A stretch of DNA of 64,000 bases, from assembly GCF_963921235.1 (NCBI RefSeq), contig NC_086118.1, positions 18,788,001 through 18,852,000 on the forward strand, read 5' to 3'. This stretch comes from Mobula hypostoma (lineage: Eukaryota). The notes under the pieces were generated by a model. The model was given only the letters and a program-made list of their open reading frames with translations. It was not told the origin of the DNA and did no database searches. The position numbers and the translations under genes were made by a program. Within the stretch, counting starts at the first letter, position 1, and each line of letters starts with the position of its first letter. Shown piece after piece: positions 1 to 13,812 of this stretch.

Positions 1-480
1 TTCTGCTTGGAGAAAGTGGGGAAAACAGTCTATAATCAAGGGGGGTAGTCTCATGATATTACTGGGCTTTCCTCCAGCATCTTTCTGTATATATTTCCTT
101 GAAAGCAGATAGGTTGGTGCTGGTGGTGCATTTGGCAGTTCTAGCTACCTTACTATCTGCTGCAGTGCAATTTCTGTACCATGCAGTGATGTGGCACGTT
201 CAGATGCTCCCTCCTGCGCATCTGTAGTCTATTGAGTGTGGAGGTCCATAGTGCAGCTCTCGTCAGCCTCCTCACAACGTAGAAACTCTGGTGAGCTTTC
301 CTGATTGTGTAGAATGTATTCTGGGACCATGAGAGCTTGTGCGAGATGTGCACTCCCAGGAGTTTGAAACTGCTCATGGTTTTCACTGCTGTGCTGCTGA
401 TGTAAAGAAGAATATGAATGTTGCAAGTTCTGCTGAAGTCAATGACTATCTCCGTTATCTTGTTGACATTGAGGAAGAGG
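1..480 (-). mobile_element. Rex1/Babar-type LINE fragment (RT C-terminal region), decayed
   Basis: ORF 153..386(-) SSFKLLGVHISHKLSWSQNT..RKAHQ resembles the FKFLGVHIS..LSW...KKAQQRLYFLRRL motif of this clade; frameshifted. Confidence 0.75.
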
Positions 481-944
481 AATTTGCATTAAGAACATAA
501 TGTAAAGAAGATAGAAAGAATGGTGTATTTTGTTCAGATTAGACTCTCATACATCTCACCACGCAACCAGTTTGAAGTGCTTTTTTATGAGATTTTGTGA
601 TTCTAACAAAGGAACAATGGAGTTGGATTTCATTGTGAGTAAATATTGCGCGGCAGTTGAACTTGCTATTGCATATTTGAGTTTTTTTTGTGACTGAGGG
701 CTGAAAACATTGAAAAAAGAGAAATATCACCTTAACCAATTTGATTAAAGAAATGTAAAATCAATTAACACAAGTTCTATGAAAGAATTTCGGTTGGAAC
801 AGGTGGATTTTCAGTTTCCTACCTCCGTTTCAGGGAAAAGTAACCACTACAGCTCTTGACTATAAGTCCTCTCAACTTACAATATATCCAAAGTGGACTC
901 CATTGTACCTGTTTTGAAGAGGCCACCATCCACACAGTGTTTCT

Positions 945-1418
945 GAGCACTTCTACAAGTGTACCATAGAGACCATTCTGACTGGCTGCATTACCGTCTG
1001 GTATGGTGGGGGGGTGGGGAGTGTGGGGGCAACTTCACAAGATTGAAATAAGTTGCAGAAACTTGTAAAATTAGTCAGCTGCATCTTGGGTACTATCCTT
1101 TACTGTATCCAAGACCTCTTCAAGGAGCGGTGCTTTAGGAATGCGGAGTCCATCATTAAGGAACCCCGCCACTCTTCTCATGGTGGAACAGAAGCCTGAA
1201 GGCACATACTCAGCAACTCAGGAACAGTTTCTTCCCCTCTCCCATCTGATTTCTAAATGGATGTTCAACCCATGAACATTACTTCACTACATTTTATTTC
1301 TGATTTCTTTTTGCACTACTTTTTGTTCTCCATATCTATTTATCATGTATTGCATTGTACTGCTGCCCTAAAGTTAACAAATTTCACAACATATGACAGT
1401 GATAGTAAACCTGATTCT
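945..1418 (+). mobile_element. Rex1/Babar LINE 3' fragment
   Basis: FY.CTIE.ILTGCITVWYG-like coding remnant; 3' end TAAACCTGATTCT shared with the copy ending at ~38293. Confidence 0.7.
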
Positions 1419-1499
1419 CATATATCTTATTTTTTTTCTCAATTGTAAATTCTTCTCTCATATTGTCAACAATCTCCCAAACACACCCTTCCATTTCCC

Positions 1500-2030
1500 A
1501 TAGTTTCGCTTTTACCTCCCACAAAAGAAACACAAACCCCTTACTATTCCACTATTTTCTGCACCCCATTAATAATCAGCTACAATTTTCCATACCTCCA
1601 TGAAAAGGTCAACCTGAGCACACCTTCATTGTATCCCACATTCAACTTTCCAAAGGTCCCATTCCCTTTGGGGCTCTTTACTTTGCTCATCCGTATCTAT
1701 GAATAGACACTTCCCTTCCCATATCACCATTCTTGCAGGGACAGGAGACTCAATGTTTTTCAGAACTCCAAGCACTCTTTCCATGAGAAACAGTGACTGA
1801 CTTGTACTTTTAGTTTTCTGTACTCACTTCTCATGGTGTGATCTGCTTTTCCACACTTTAGAGCAGGAGTTCCCAGCCTGGGGTCCACAGTTAATGAACC
1901 ATCAGTCCTATTCCAATTCTAACCTCCTTGTCCTCATCATCCTTCAACACTCTAAAGATGCTCAATTTAATACCATGGAACAGCTACCCCCTTTTCACAT
2001 CACAGCTCCGATTAACCTCATGACAGCCTT
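1500..2030 (+). mobile_element. Old Penelope-like element fragment, with half of a hAT MITE at ~1864-1890
   Basis: Degenerate similarity to the GIY-YIG region seen at 44942-45270; CAGGAGTTCCCAGCCTGGGG resembles the MITE end at 27585-27651. Confidence 0.4.
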
Positions 2031-2189
2031 CAGAAATCAAGGTGTAACAACTTCAGCTAAACAGTTTCCAACTGTTACAGTACATTAACTCTGGTAATGT
2101 CAGACAATGATTCTACTTCCATTCTCATTTCCTGCAAATTGCTGTTTTGTTTCCTCACATGTCCCATTGTGGTGATACAGTCGTGTTGC

Positions 2190-2450
2190 TGTGGTAAAAG
2201 CAATCAAACTCATAGTCCAGAGATCTGGACTAACAGTCCAGAGTTCAAATTCCACCACAGTGGCTGTGGAATTTAAACTCAATTAACAACCTTTCATTTT
2301 GGTTAGATGGAGTGGAAATAAACGCTAACTACTTGTAATAATGATGACCTTGTAAAAATATCAGAGTTTAAAAAAACACCCTGTTGGGTCACTTAGAAGA
2401 TCTGCCTTACCTCCTCAGTCCCAATTTCAAGTGGCTCAAGATCCAAGACA
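2190..2450 (+). mobile_element. Old tRNA-derived SINE, degenerate
   Basis: B-box-like GAGTTCAAATTCC followed by sequence similar to the minus-strand copy at 48455-48780. Confidence 0.45.
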
Positions 2451-3244
2451 TATTACCGGGATGTCTCAGACTTGTAATTGTGTGCTATTTGTGAGACAAC
2501 CAATAATGTTATTATTTGATAAGAATATTAGCATGATACTGTGTTTGTCACCATATTCAAAGAAGCCTAGATACACAACTGAAAAGAACTTTTTTTTTGT
2601 TATCTGCTATCTCTAACAAAGCAACTTTATAGCTTGTAGTCACATCCTGATTCATATATCATTCTACCATTTTGCAAAGTTTAAGAGATAAAGAGAGGCT
2701 TTTGTTATATCCATTAATCTTAATGCATTCTCAGAAAAAGGTCTGCATGATCCATCACTTGTTGAATGATTAAACAACAGAAACATGAATATTCCCACTA
2801 GTGAAAATGTGTATTTATACAGATCTTTCATAACCTTATGTTATTCCCAAGTGTTTCACAATCAACAATGTATTTTTAAAGAGTATCATTTTCACAAAAG
2901 TCAACATATCGTTTTCACCCACAAATAGCAATGAGTAAAAAAGTAGATTATCTACTTAGGTGGGCAAGAAACAATATGTTGGAGCTACTCAGCGGGTTGA
3001 GCAGCATCTGTGGGTGGAAAGGAACAGATGTTTTGGCCAAAACCCTCCATGAAATATCAATAATTTCCTTGGGCTCAGGAAGATCAATATAGATGAGGTA
3101 TAGTTGAGTTGGGTGCAAAGACTTGGGGAGATCTTGCTGATACAATGAGATAATTACTGTTCATGGCTGTTGGCTGCAAATTATTTAATTAATGTGGATA
3201 CAGTCTATTATTACACACAGTCCTCAGCATTGAACATTCCTTAA

Positions 3245-3772
3245 AGTTGTTAGAGCTGGGAGTGGTAAGGTGTTCACGTTCCTACTACCTATTAAATGCT
3301 CCCAATGGCGTGCAGCACAACTAGCTTCTGACAACCAAGTCCAGCTCTTGACTTTCATGTGTGCCTTAGCCTCTAAGTCCAGCTGAACCGCTTCTACTGA
3401 CAGGACGAGGAGCAAAGGTGGGCTACTGGCGCCTTAGAACCAGTCGCTCTGGGCAGATGGAGCTCATCAGCCGTGGTCGGCAGCTCTTCTAAAAGAAGGA
3501 AAGCTCTGATCTCAAACCTCCGCTGCCTTGCAGCTAAACCCACTCATGGGTAAGGCTTTGGGAGTAAACCCTGAGGGAAAAGTCTGGAGCTGGAGTCCCA
3601 GAGACAGTCCTACGTTGAAATCAATGCTGCCTGGCAACTCCTGCGATGCTGCTGGTGTCAAACTGTATTGGTCTCTGCTGTTCCTTTGGGTTCATCAGCT
3701 GCATGGAGAGAGGGAACTTGCTACATGGGCAGCAGCTTGCTCTCCATATGCTACTGCCCTGGCTTGTGTATC
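3245..3772 (+). repeat. Unclassified interspersed repeat (~530 bp), copy 1; possibly non-autonomous retroelement
   Basis: Colinear with 58535-59462 (shared TGCTCCCAATGG, TTCTACTGACAGGA, CTCTGATCTCAAACCTCC, TTTGGGAGTAAACCC). Confidence 0.75.
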
Positions 3773-6700
3773 TTGTAATTTAAAGCAATCCTTTCAGATC
3801 ATTATCTGAAACCCTAATTGAAAATTATGAATCAGTTTTTTCTGCATATACCCCACCCTTAAAATTTTCTGCTAGATTGAGGCATTATCAACTCTTCACA
3901 GAGGTTCTTAACTTTGGTTGTTTTTCCTAGCTTAAAGAGCTGGCAGCCAGAATCTATCTAACACAGCCTCAAGTTTAGTAATATCCTTCCATGACTGGTG
4001 ATAAAAAATAGTTGATGTTGAAAATGCTTTGTATTTACTGAGGACCTGTTTGGAATACAATGGTTCAGAAGGCATTGCGACTGATGTTAATCCTCAAAAT
4101 TGTTAATCCTGCTCTAAATTTGCTTTGAAATACTGGAGAGGAATACAAGTGTAATAAGTATCTGCACAATGTTTTGCAACCATGCATTTTCCTCCGGAAG
4201 CCAATGTACAGTGAGTGAGGGTCCGGAAATCAGATTTGCTCTGTCATCTCTCTGTCACCAAACTGTACCAAAGGCTGGGATACTCCAGTAACATGAGCGA
4301 GTTTATAGACTTAATATTTAACCTAATTTGATGTTATATGAATCAATTTCACTTGACAATTGAGGGACTAAATTAATATGGTTGCTCGATTATAGATAGG
4401 AAAACATGAGATTTTTTGCTAGAATAGTTCTCAAGGAGATACCTCTGCAATGTGCATTTTCTCTGAGAAGGGAAATGGGAACATTAAATTAGCTTTGTAT
4501 CCTTGTCCATTTGATATTTTTAATAATACAGGCAACAGCTCCTAGGTTATTTCACAACTTTCTCCTTCCTACAGTTCACTACATTCTGGTCAGCTTCCTA
4601 CATTGAGACATTTTTAGCCCTAATCTGGTTATTCTGAGATATATTAGCATGACCCACCCACCTCTACAAATTGCTGCTCCTTATACCTCCTATATCTCTA
4701 ACTCAGATTTGAATTTCTAATCCATCAAATTTTCCACAGGAGGTGGGTGGAGTGAAGCCACACAATTCTTCAGCATTCCTATGAAATTAATCAGATCTCC
4801 AGGAGCACAAGTGGAATGTGGATACACCACATGACTAATAGCAATTGAATTATGCTCACACAGAGAGAACAAAATGAATCCCACTAGCTGAACTGTCAAC
4901 TATTCTTGAGGAAGCGCAGTGGGATGGTGTTCTGTGAATTGCAATGACTATTAGCATTAACGACCATCACTTTACTCTCTTCCACTGATACAGAGTGAAG
5001 CTGTCAATTTTTGATTTAAGATGTAACAACATCGTAAATCAACGATTGACAGAACAGCAATTATGAATTCTTTTAGGATTATTACCAAGAAAACTTCCCA
5101 TTTATTTACTTTGACTGCTTGTTAGGTAACATGGACACCAGTCCAGGAAGAGCTAGTGGAACTGACTCTTTTCTTGTGCAATAATTCCACGACTGAACGT
5201 AACCACTAATCTACAGAACTGAACTCACTTCATTATTGAAACGAACCTCACGGTAGTATATACGTACTTTGATAATAAACTTACTTTGAGATTTGAATTA
5301 ATCTGTGGCATTTGTGAACAACCATTCTGAATTCTTTACCATAGTAGCCTTATTCAGTTCATTCAAAGATGTGTAAATAGCAGAAAGTGTCATTTCATCA
5401 CAAGGTGATCCAAAATGAATAAGTTTACTTGTTTAACTTATCCAAAAGTTTACTTGTAAACTAACCATATTTTTTTTCTATTATCAAGTAGCTCTCTGCC
5501 AATTAGACGGTACCATTTCAAATGCAATAGTAAACTTGGTTTATTATAATAATATACACAAGGACTATAGCCCTGAGGATACTGTAGTTTGAATTAATAG
5601 ACCTGTTACCAGCCTGGAGTTCTTCTAAAAAGAGTCCGTGGTTTGAAGTACTGGCAGAATCCTTGGGGATTTTTGCTTCATACCATGCCTGATCCCAGTT
5701 AACATATTTTTGTGGTGGTTTCTCATCTTTGATACAAACGTACTCAGCAATAATGCAAAAGGTATATGTTAAATTATGTGTTGGAGTTTGATAGACAGCT
5801 GTTAACACAAAACTTGGTTTAATGGATTGTTGCAGATTCTCCATGATATCAGAACACAGGGCAGGAATTCACATGCAATGTACTAAATGCATCTCTCTGC
5901 AAGTCTAAAATACCCATCTGTACAACAATTCGACATGTTGAAACAACCCATTTTAAGTGCTGCAGCCTAATAATCAAGCTGCTGGAAAAAATCTGAAAGT
6001 TCAATAGTCATATCATTGATAAAGTGTCCACCAGTTGCTAAAGACCAGATTTTGTACATGGAGGAGTGACAGGGTTGAATCAGAAGCAGGAATTCTTGCT
6101 GATTTATTCTTTTTGCAAATCTAGAGATTACAAAAGCAACTTACTTTAGCTGAGATCTGTCAACTCACAAAAACAGTTACGTCTGAGCTAAGAATAAAAA
6201 TTGACAATCTTCATTGATGCAATCTGACTTGCTGAGTACTTCCAATATTTTGTGCTTTTAGTTTGGTTCTCTTGCACCTGCAGTGCTTGTTTATGTATTA
6301 ACTCGGAGATTGTTTTGTATATACAATACATTATACTTGAAGTTCAAGAGTAACTATATGCATGAGTCATCCAGAGCAAAGCATGTCTCTGTGTATTAGC
6401 ATCCTGCTGACAGCATTTCTTTCAGATCGATGCTGGACTTTCTAATAGTCCTTCTATTGAAATCAAGACTGCTGTTGACCACTGTGGGTCTCAGGTGCAT
6501 CCTGACTGATATAAACCCCAATTTACCAATATGTCAGTATGGAACATATGCCAGGTTTCCTGATATGAAGCAGTCATCTTGATTTCTTGCCACCAGGATG
6601 TGAATGCACCAGGAGACCACAGTAAGCTTCCCATGGTATTGCAGTGCTGTACAGAGAGGGGATGGGTATCAGGCCAGCACTGTCTCTTACACCTTACTTC

Positions 6701-7379
6701 CATTATTTGTAAGTTTTACATTCTCCTAAGAGTCTTTGCTCAATGTATTCTCAATGGTGTTAGTGTAAGATGGTCAAGCATTATGTCACTGAGATTTTCC
6801 AGTTTTCTACCATTTTACCTCTCCGTGTAACAACTTCCACTCATGAAACCAGTATCTCCTATTTCATGGTCCACTTCACTTTCATAGAATCAGAGTCAAC
6901 ACAACAGCAGTACAGCTCTCAGTAATCGCTGCTGCAGCTAAATGGCATTGCTCCGTAGAGTATTTCTTGATGGCTAAAGCACTCTGCAATTTGCTTCAAT
7001 GGGCATGCAGTGCAATTTAACTTTGAACATCTGATCCAATTGGTCACTCGGTGTGATAGGTATTTATACTCTACAGTTGTATCTATACTTTAAGTAAAAG
7101 TCAGTGAGCTGTGACAATTAGTGGTCAGTTACAGTAAGAAGGGAAAGCTCACATTTTCTTATCCCTGTTCTGCAGTATTATGATGCATATCAAAATCTTA
7201 ACTAGCTTACAGTCATTCGCTGAGAAATGCGAGTTATGTTCCTAACAAGGCCATTTAATGCCTTGTTCCTTAATATCACATGACTTTGATCTTAATTTTT
7301 GATTACTGGAGGTACATGGAAACATGAAGCGAAGCAACTGCACTGAATACCATTGAAACCAATAGTCTGTGAAATGAAT

Positions 7380-7475
7380 GTACCGATGAGGGGGTCTCGA
7401 GCCAAAATGTAGACTGTTTATTACTATCCATACATACTGCCTGACCTGCTGAGTTCCTTCACCATTTTGTGTGTA
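7380..7475 (+). mobile_element. Penelope-like terminal repeat fragment
   Basis: CTGCCTGACCTGCTGAGTTCC motif shared with 14413-14500, 45615-45690 and 48860-48996. Confidence 0.65.
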
Positions 7476-7684
7476 TTAGACTGTGAAATGCAAGTCTCAG
7501 TTTTAGCACCTAATTTGTATTAAGGCAACCAATGTTAGTAATGCATTAACCCAACCTACGTAATCAAGAAATCAGCATTGTTACAAGGAGGTAATCTATT
7601 TGTGCAGGTTCAACTGAATGTTTCTGGATGGTTAGCTAGACCACTCGAGTCAGGAACTTGAGAAGAAACGTAAATTTGATCTCT

Positions 7685-8278
7685 CTTGTGGGGAGGTATG
7701 AACTACACTTACATTATGTTACTTGTTCACAGAAGAGTACATTCCTCTGGGGGCCGTGGGTTCACACAGAGAGTGGGGAGAAAGGTGCAAGGGTCTTGTC
7801 ATGACTTAGCTCAGGCATCTGCTGTCTTAACTAGGGGCTGTTCCTAGGAACACACGCAGACAAACAGAAAGTGCACTGGCAGATCATCAACTCGGTGAAT
7901 GATGCCCAGTAGCCTGCCCAAAACTTGTTCGTCTCCGAACACATCAAAATGTCGGTAAAGGAATGTTGCTAACTGGCACATTGTGTGTTGCAGGAGGACA
8001 TGCTGAGGGCCACACTGAAGCCTGGTGTAGCCAATACAAGGGCTCGGTAGAGAAGGGCCCCAGTCTAAGGTTCTGCCACTATTGGACAAGGAGGGGATGG
8101 GCCAAGTGGAGAAACACTTCAAACGTTGTATTAGCATATCACCCCACCCGAGGGTGCCACATGAGTGGCAATGGTGCTATTGGTTTTAAAAACGTAAGCT
8201 AGCAGTACTTAATGCATCGCCTAAGAATGAAAAGTTTTTGCAGTTTATTCTTTATATATTTCTATTATGATAAAAAAG
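7685..8278 (+). mobile_element. L1/Tx1-clade LINE ORF2 C-terminal fragment
   Basis: Manual translation from ~7874: HWQIINSVNDAQ*PAQNLFVSEHIKMSVKECC*LAHCVLQEDMLR, matching the Tx1 W.IINSVKDALW..RN motif; A-rich end at ~8270. Confidence 0.6.
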
Positions 8279-8359
8279 GCATGTGGGCCTTACACAATAC
8301 CCACAAGATACACAAATCTCTAATTGCACCACACTACTCCCTGATAATAAGATCATAAG

Positions 8360-9680
8360 ATCATATTGGAATATGGGGACCATTTCTCAAATCTTGGGAG
8401 CCACTCTTGGCCAACGGGGACATCGATTCATACAATACTGAAATTTGTCAGTTTGCCAACTCAGCACTCTGAGCACATTGAAGTCAAATGAGGAAAATGT
8501 ATTTAAAGATCAAGACTTCAGGCCTAGTTCAAAACTTATGGTCTACTGGGCAGTAATGACTGCTGCCCTCTTCTTTGCTCCTGATACCTGAACAGATTTC
8601 TGCATGCGTTTCAAGGACTTGGAAAGTTAATAGGGTGACTATAGTGGTGTATGGTGTGTTGACCTACGTTAGTCACTTCAGAGCCATGAGGTAATTTTGT
8701 AGCTTTATAAGACTGTCGTTAGACCATGCTTGGAGTATTGTGTTCAGGTCTGTATGCCTCGTTATGAGAAGATGTGGAAGCTTCGGAGAGGGTGCAGAGG
8801 AAACTTATCGGGATGCTGCCTGAATTAGAACACTTACCTTCTTTTGCCTTTGGAATGAAGGAGGATGAGGTGTGACTTGATAGAGGGATATAATACGATA
8901 AGAAGCATAAATAGAGTGGACAGCCAGTGTCCCAGTGTCCCCCCACCCCGCCCCCAAAGCGGCAATGGCAAATACAAGATGGCATAATTTTCAGGTGATT
9001 GGAGAATAGTATAGGGGAATGCCAGAGGTACATTTTTTACACAGAGAGTGGTAAGCGCATTGAAAGCACTGATGGGAAGATAGCGGAGGCAGATACATTA
9101 GGGAGATTTAAAAGACTCTTTGACAGGTATGTGGAGGAAAGAAAAATGAAGGATTATGTGGGAGTTGATTGATCTTGGTTTGCATTAAAAGGTCAGCACA
9201 GCATTACGGAGAAAGGGTCCGTACTGTACTGTATTGTTCTGTACTGTTCTATGTTTTTTATATGTTCTATACCACCAATTCTACACCTACAAAATCCTTC
9301 AAGTTCACAGGAAGAACATAAACACATTTTTCTGTTCACTCTTAAACAAGAATCCCTAGTACTGAGGCCCTGATTACATTCAGTCAGTTATGCTGGGCAG
9401 CCCATATGGTTGGCATGACCAGCAACAAACTCCCAAAACAGACATGCTCTTTTAGGAGAGAAGAAAAGGTTCAGGGATGTTTTGAGGAACTGAAACATCC
9501 CTACAGTCTCCGGCAAATCCTGGCCCTTGATTACACGAAGAGGAGAAGGAGCATTTGGGATTATATTGATAACTGGGTTCAAGCACAAAGGACACAGAAA
9601 TCCTGTGTCAACAGCAGGAGAAGCACACCACCTCACAAGTTATTCTGCAGAAGAGTCTGTGGTGCCCACATCAGATAACT
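8360..9680 (+). mobile_element. Old RTE-clade LINE 3' part, split by a CR1 insertion
   Basis: Degenerate LGS..., KLMVYWAV...LF before 8620 and YHQ..KIL, L.WA..., KLPKQ after 9270; halves are colinear across the CR1. Confidence 0.55.
8625..9268 (+). mobile_element. CR1 LINE 3' fragment
   Basis: VRP.LEYCVQ-like and FFTQRVV motifs; TTCTATG-type tail. Confidence 0.8.
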
Positions 9681-10024
9681 CCAAACCAACTAAACTAGAG
9701 TGGAAACAAGTCATGCTCAACTCCAAGGTGCTGCCTAAGAAGAAATATTGTTCATGTACATGAGTATTCTTAATGTTTGATGATTATTGGGCCATGCTGC
9801 TTTCCTAGCTCACCCAGCTCCTCTGTTACAAGCTAATATTCATTTCTTTTACAAAATCATGCCAATTCTTTAGTAAAGTATGCGATAGAATATCAGTCGA
9901 ACAGATTAAGAGGATCTCATTCCTCACAGAAGGAGTTCATTCAGTCCATTATTCCTATGATAACTCATTGAAAGAGCTATGCTATTAACCCGTTCCATTC
10001 CCCTGTATTCAACATGAACAAATA

Positions 10025-10140
10025 TTGAGATACAAGAGACTTCAGATGCTGAAATCTGAAGCAACACAATCTACTGGTGGAAATCAAGCTGTGGGGAAAG
10101 GGGAAATATCAACATTTTGGGTCAAAACACTGCTTCAGGG
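10025..10140 (-). mobile_element. Penelope-like terminal repeat fragment, degenerate
   Basis: CAGATGCTGAAATCTG..GCAACACA similar to 25173-25307 and 48860-48996. Confidence 0.5.
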
Positions 10141-10574
10141 CAAATATTTACATTTCCAATATGTTTCTAATTCACTTAATGGAATGATGCTTCCAATAAC
10201 CCATCAGGGAGTTCATTTTAGGCTATGACTATTTATTATGTATGGGTTCCTTTAAGTGTTACTGAAAACCTGATTCCCTTGTTTCAAAGAATTCCTGCCT
10301 CTCAAAGCACTCTTGCATTCATTATTCAAATAATAATTACTGCCACAATGTAGAATCCCTTTCAAATATTCCTTTAACTTTTTCTGTGGTGAAAAAGACA
10401 CCAAACCCTTTTACTTAAAGTTCTCCAGGTATTTGAAGTTTTCAGCCCTGACATTTCTCATAAATCTCTGATGCACCCTCTCCAAACCATCTTAAAAAAA
10501 TGGTACCCAGCATTGAATGTAATAATTCAGCTGAGGATTCATCTTGGATATGTTAATTTATAACTTGTTGCAGC

Positions 10575-10850
10575 ATTTTATTTATTTAGAGCTAGAGTGC
10601 AGAATAGGCTCTTCCAGCCCACCACCATGCAACTACCAATTTAACCTTAACCTAATCACGGGACAATTTACAATGGCTAATTAATCTATGTAACTGGTAC
10701 GTCTTTGGACTCTGGGAGGAAACTACAGCACCCAGGGAAACCCAGGTACACATGGGAAGAATGTACAAACTTTCTTACAGAGGAACTGAACTCTGAACTT
10801 CGATGTCCCAAGCTGTAAGAGCATTGTGCTAACTGCTACACTACAGTTGT
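10575..10850 (-). mobile_element. V-SINE-type (HE1-like) SINE
   Basis: Reverse strand GGGTTTCCCTGGGTGCTGTAGTTTCCTCCCAGAGTCCAAAGAC resembles the V-SINE core; (TAAA)n tail at ~10577-10588. Confidence 0.65.
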
Positions 10851-12719
10851 GCATCACACAATAAACTTTTGATGATAGATTAACATTTTGCAAAAACCCT
10901 TTCCTGTATGTGTTCACAACAATGAAAAAAGACAGTCATTGTTCTTGAAAATAAAATGTTTAAAAACATTAACAAATCAATACAGATCTTTCATTGATGT
11001 GCACCAGCCCAAGTGCCTTTAGCATTTTATACAATATCTGTCATTACTGGTTCCCTCAGGAGGTTACAAAACCATACTTTCAATAGCTGCTCTTACATTG
11101 CTGCTTTATTAGTGCAGAATATTTACTTTCCTACCCATACGGGCACCAAATCAACCCCCTCCCCATCCAACCTAAGGCTTTATCAATAGGCCTGTGGTAA
11201 GCAGAGTTGAAGGCTTGGTCAATAACAATAGCGGCAGATCTTTATGGTTCCTCTTGCCCACTCCCCCCCTTCATTAAATTATTTAAACTAGGATCAAATT
11301 CAAGAACGTGAAAAGTATGAACTGTGTAATTTAAAATTAGAAGGAACTTGTGCAAAGACCGAAAAGAAATCAAGGTGAAGTATGTGAAGGAAGTTTAAAG
11401 GTTGGATATCTCATGGAGTTTATATTAAAAGGAATCTCCTGGGAGAAGTTTTTCACGACAATGCTTGTGAAATATTTATATCAAGGAAAACCTGAGATTG
11501 TTGGAGGTGCACAATTTTGAAAAACGTGTTTAATGAAGAATCTTATAGGTAAAGTTATAGGCAACCTATCAGGTACTCATAGGCCATTATGTAATTATGC
11601 TGATTTGGTGTGAATCCTCAGATATTAACACAATGAATAGGCTACTCATTCAAACTAATGCAACCGGATTAAAGGAATCATCCAAAATAGAGAAGCACAA
11701 AGAAAAATTAAAGGAGAAAAGTGAATAGATTGAGCCATTAAAAATAAGTAGAAAATCCATGATAGCAAAGCTACTCCTTTTACTCACAATGACCAGAAAT
11801 AATTCAATGGTGCGGCAGGAAAACGGGTCATGGTGTAGGATTATTTGAAGAAGGTAGCTGAGACAAGAATTCAAAATGAGGTATGGAAGTCTTTGTTCAG
11901 GAAAGTGATCATGTTGGCCATTCAGTTGTTTACTGGTAGACATATATGAATGATATTTAAAGGACTGCTGGACAAGAGCAGAGCCACTTAAATCTAACCA
12001 AGGACTCCTTAAGCAAATGTAATTGAGAAATGCTTTAAAAACATGTGATGATGCTAATTTACCTTACAAGGGACATTTTCTTGTTTTATACCTATTCATG
12101 TTTTTTTCATTCTGTCTTCTAGTTTCCAGTTATAAATGTAGTTCCTGTCATTTATAAATGCAGCTTTCTTCCTTTGTCCTTCTAGGATCTGGTCTACAGA
12201 TAAGCAAACGCATAGCAAGACCAAGCTCCTAGTTCAGGCACCTAATGTCAGCCTCGGGAAATCCTGGTGACAGTGACAGAGCACAACTCCCTCAACTCTA
12301 TTCCAACAACATTTCCCAGAACTAATCTCAGAAGAGTACTTTCTAACACATTGTCGGGTGTTTTCCGGTTCCCACACCAGCCATCTGTGAAAACCCTGAG
12401 TGAGACAGCAATAAGATGGATGTCATGGGAAGTACCAAATGTGCCACAATGGTGCATTTGTAATTACATAGAATTACATAGCATTTACAACCCAACTTAG
12501 TTGAACTGATCTATGCTGGTGTTCATAGTTCACCTAAACTGTGTCCCTTCCCAATTATCTCATTCAGACTTAAAATCAAATTCTTTCATTCCCTTCCTAC
12601 TCTGATTTCCATTCTCATTTTTCCAAAGATCAGATTCCACTATCCTCTGTGTCAAGATTAATACAACATAAATTATTTTAAAAAGGCAATTAAAATCTCT
12701 CCAAAAACTTGTGCAAACT

Positions 12720-13385
12720 TCAATGGTAAACTTCAGCGAGGATGCCAGTTACTGGAATGTTCCTCTTGCGGGAAGTGGGAAGACATGGAGATCTCCAGTG
12801 TCCGTGATGACTACGCCTGCAAGAAATGCATCCTTGCTGCAGCTTCTAACAAACCATGTTACAGAGTTGGAGATGGAACTGGATGAACTGCAGATCATTC
12901 AGGAGGCTGGCAAGTTGATAGACAGGACATACTGGGAGATCGTTACACCCAAGGTAGGCAGCCAGTGTAGATTTCCCCTGTGGCTGTTCCCCCCAAAACA
13001 GGAGTACCATTTTGGAAACTCTTGGTGGAAAGACCTAGCAGAGGAGAGCCACAGCAGTCAGGTCTGAGTTTGGATCTGTGACTCAGAAGGGAAGGGGTGA
13101 GAGGATTCGAGCTGTAGTGATAGGGGATTCATTGGTTAAGGGAACAGAAAGGAAGTTTTGTGGGTGAGAACGAGGTTCCCGGATTCTTTGTTGCCTCCCA
13201 TGTGCCTGGGTCAGGGACATATTGAATTGTGTTCACAGCATTTTTAAGTGGGAGGGTGAGTGGCCAGTGAATATGGTTTCCATCAGTTTGAATGACAGGG
13301 GTAGGAGGGGTGGTGAGGTCCTGCAAAGTGAGTTCAGGAAGTTAGGTGCTAATTTAAAGGACAGGACCTCCAGGGTTGTGATCTC
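12720..13385 (+). mobile_element. CR1 ORF1 5' portion (Cys-rich/coiled-coil region plus SGNH-esterase-like domain), 3' end missing
   Basis: LLQLLTNHVTELEMELDELQII; VVIGDSLV.GT at ~13113; [22 protein letters not shown] similar to ORF1 at 30213. Confidence 0.8.
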
Positions 13386-13812
13386 CAATCCACACAGACT
13401 GTTGTCTTCCGGTTAGGAAGTCGAGGATCCAATTGCAGGGGGAGGTACAGAGGCCTAGGTTCTGCAACTTCTCAATCAGGATTGTGGGAATGGTGGTATT
13501 AAATGCTGAGCTATAGTTGATGAACAGCATTCTGCCGTAGGTGTTTGTGTTGTCTAGGTGCTCTAAAGCCGTGAGGAGAGCCACTGAGATTGTGTCTGCA
13601 GTTGACCTATTGTGGTGATAGGAAAATTGCAATGGGTCCAAGTCCTTATGAGGCAGGAGTTCAGTCTAGTCATGACCAACCTCTCAAAGCATTTCATCAC
13701 TGTCGATGTGAGTGCTACTGGCCAATAGTCATTAAAGCAATCCTCATTCTTCTTCTTAGGCACTGGTATAATTGTTGCCTTTTTGAAGCAAGTGGGAACT
13801 TCCCACTTTTGT
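13386..13812 (-). mobile_element. Rex1/Babar reverse-transcriptase fragment
   Basis: [61 protein letters not shown]. Confidence 0.85.

Noticed and set aside
5518..5844. 108-aa minus-strand ORF in non-repeat DNA
   Set aside because: No recognisable domain, weak splice signals, length compatible with chance.
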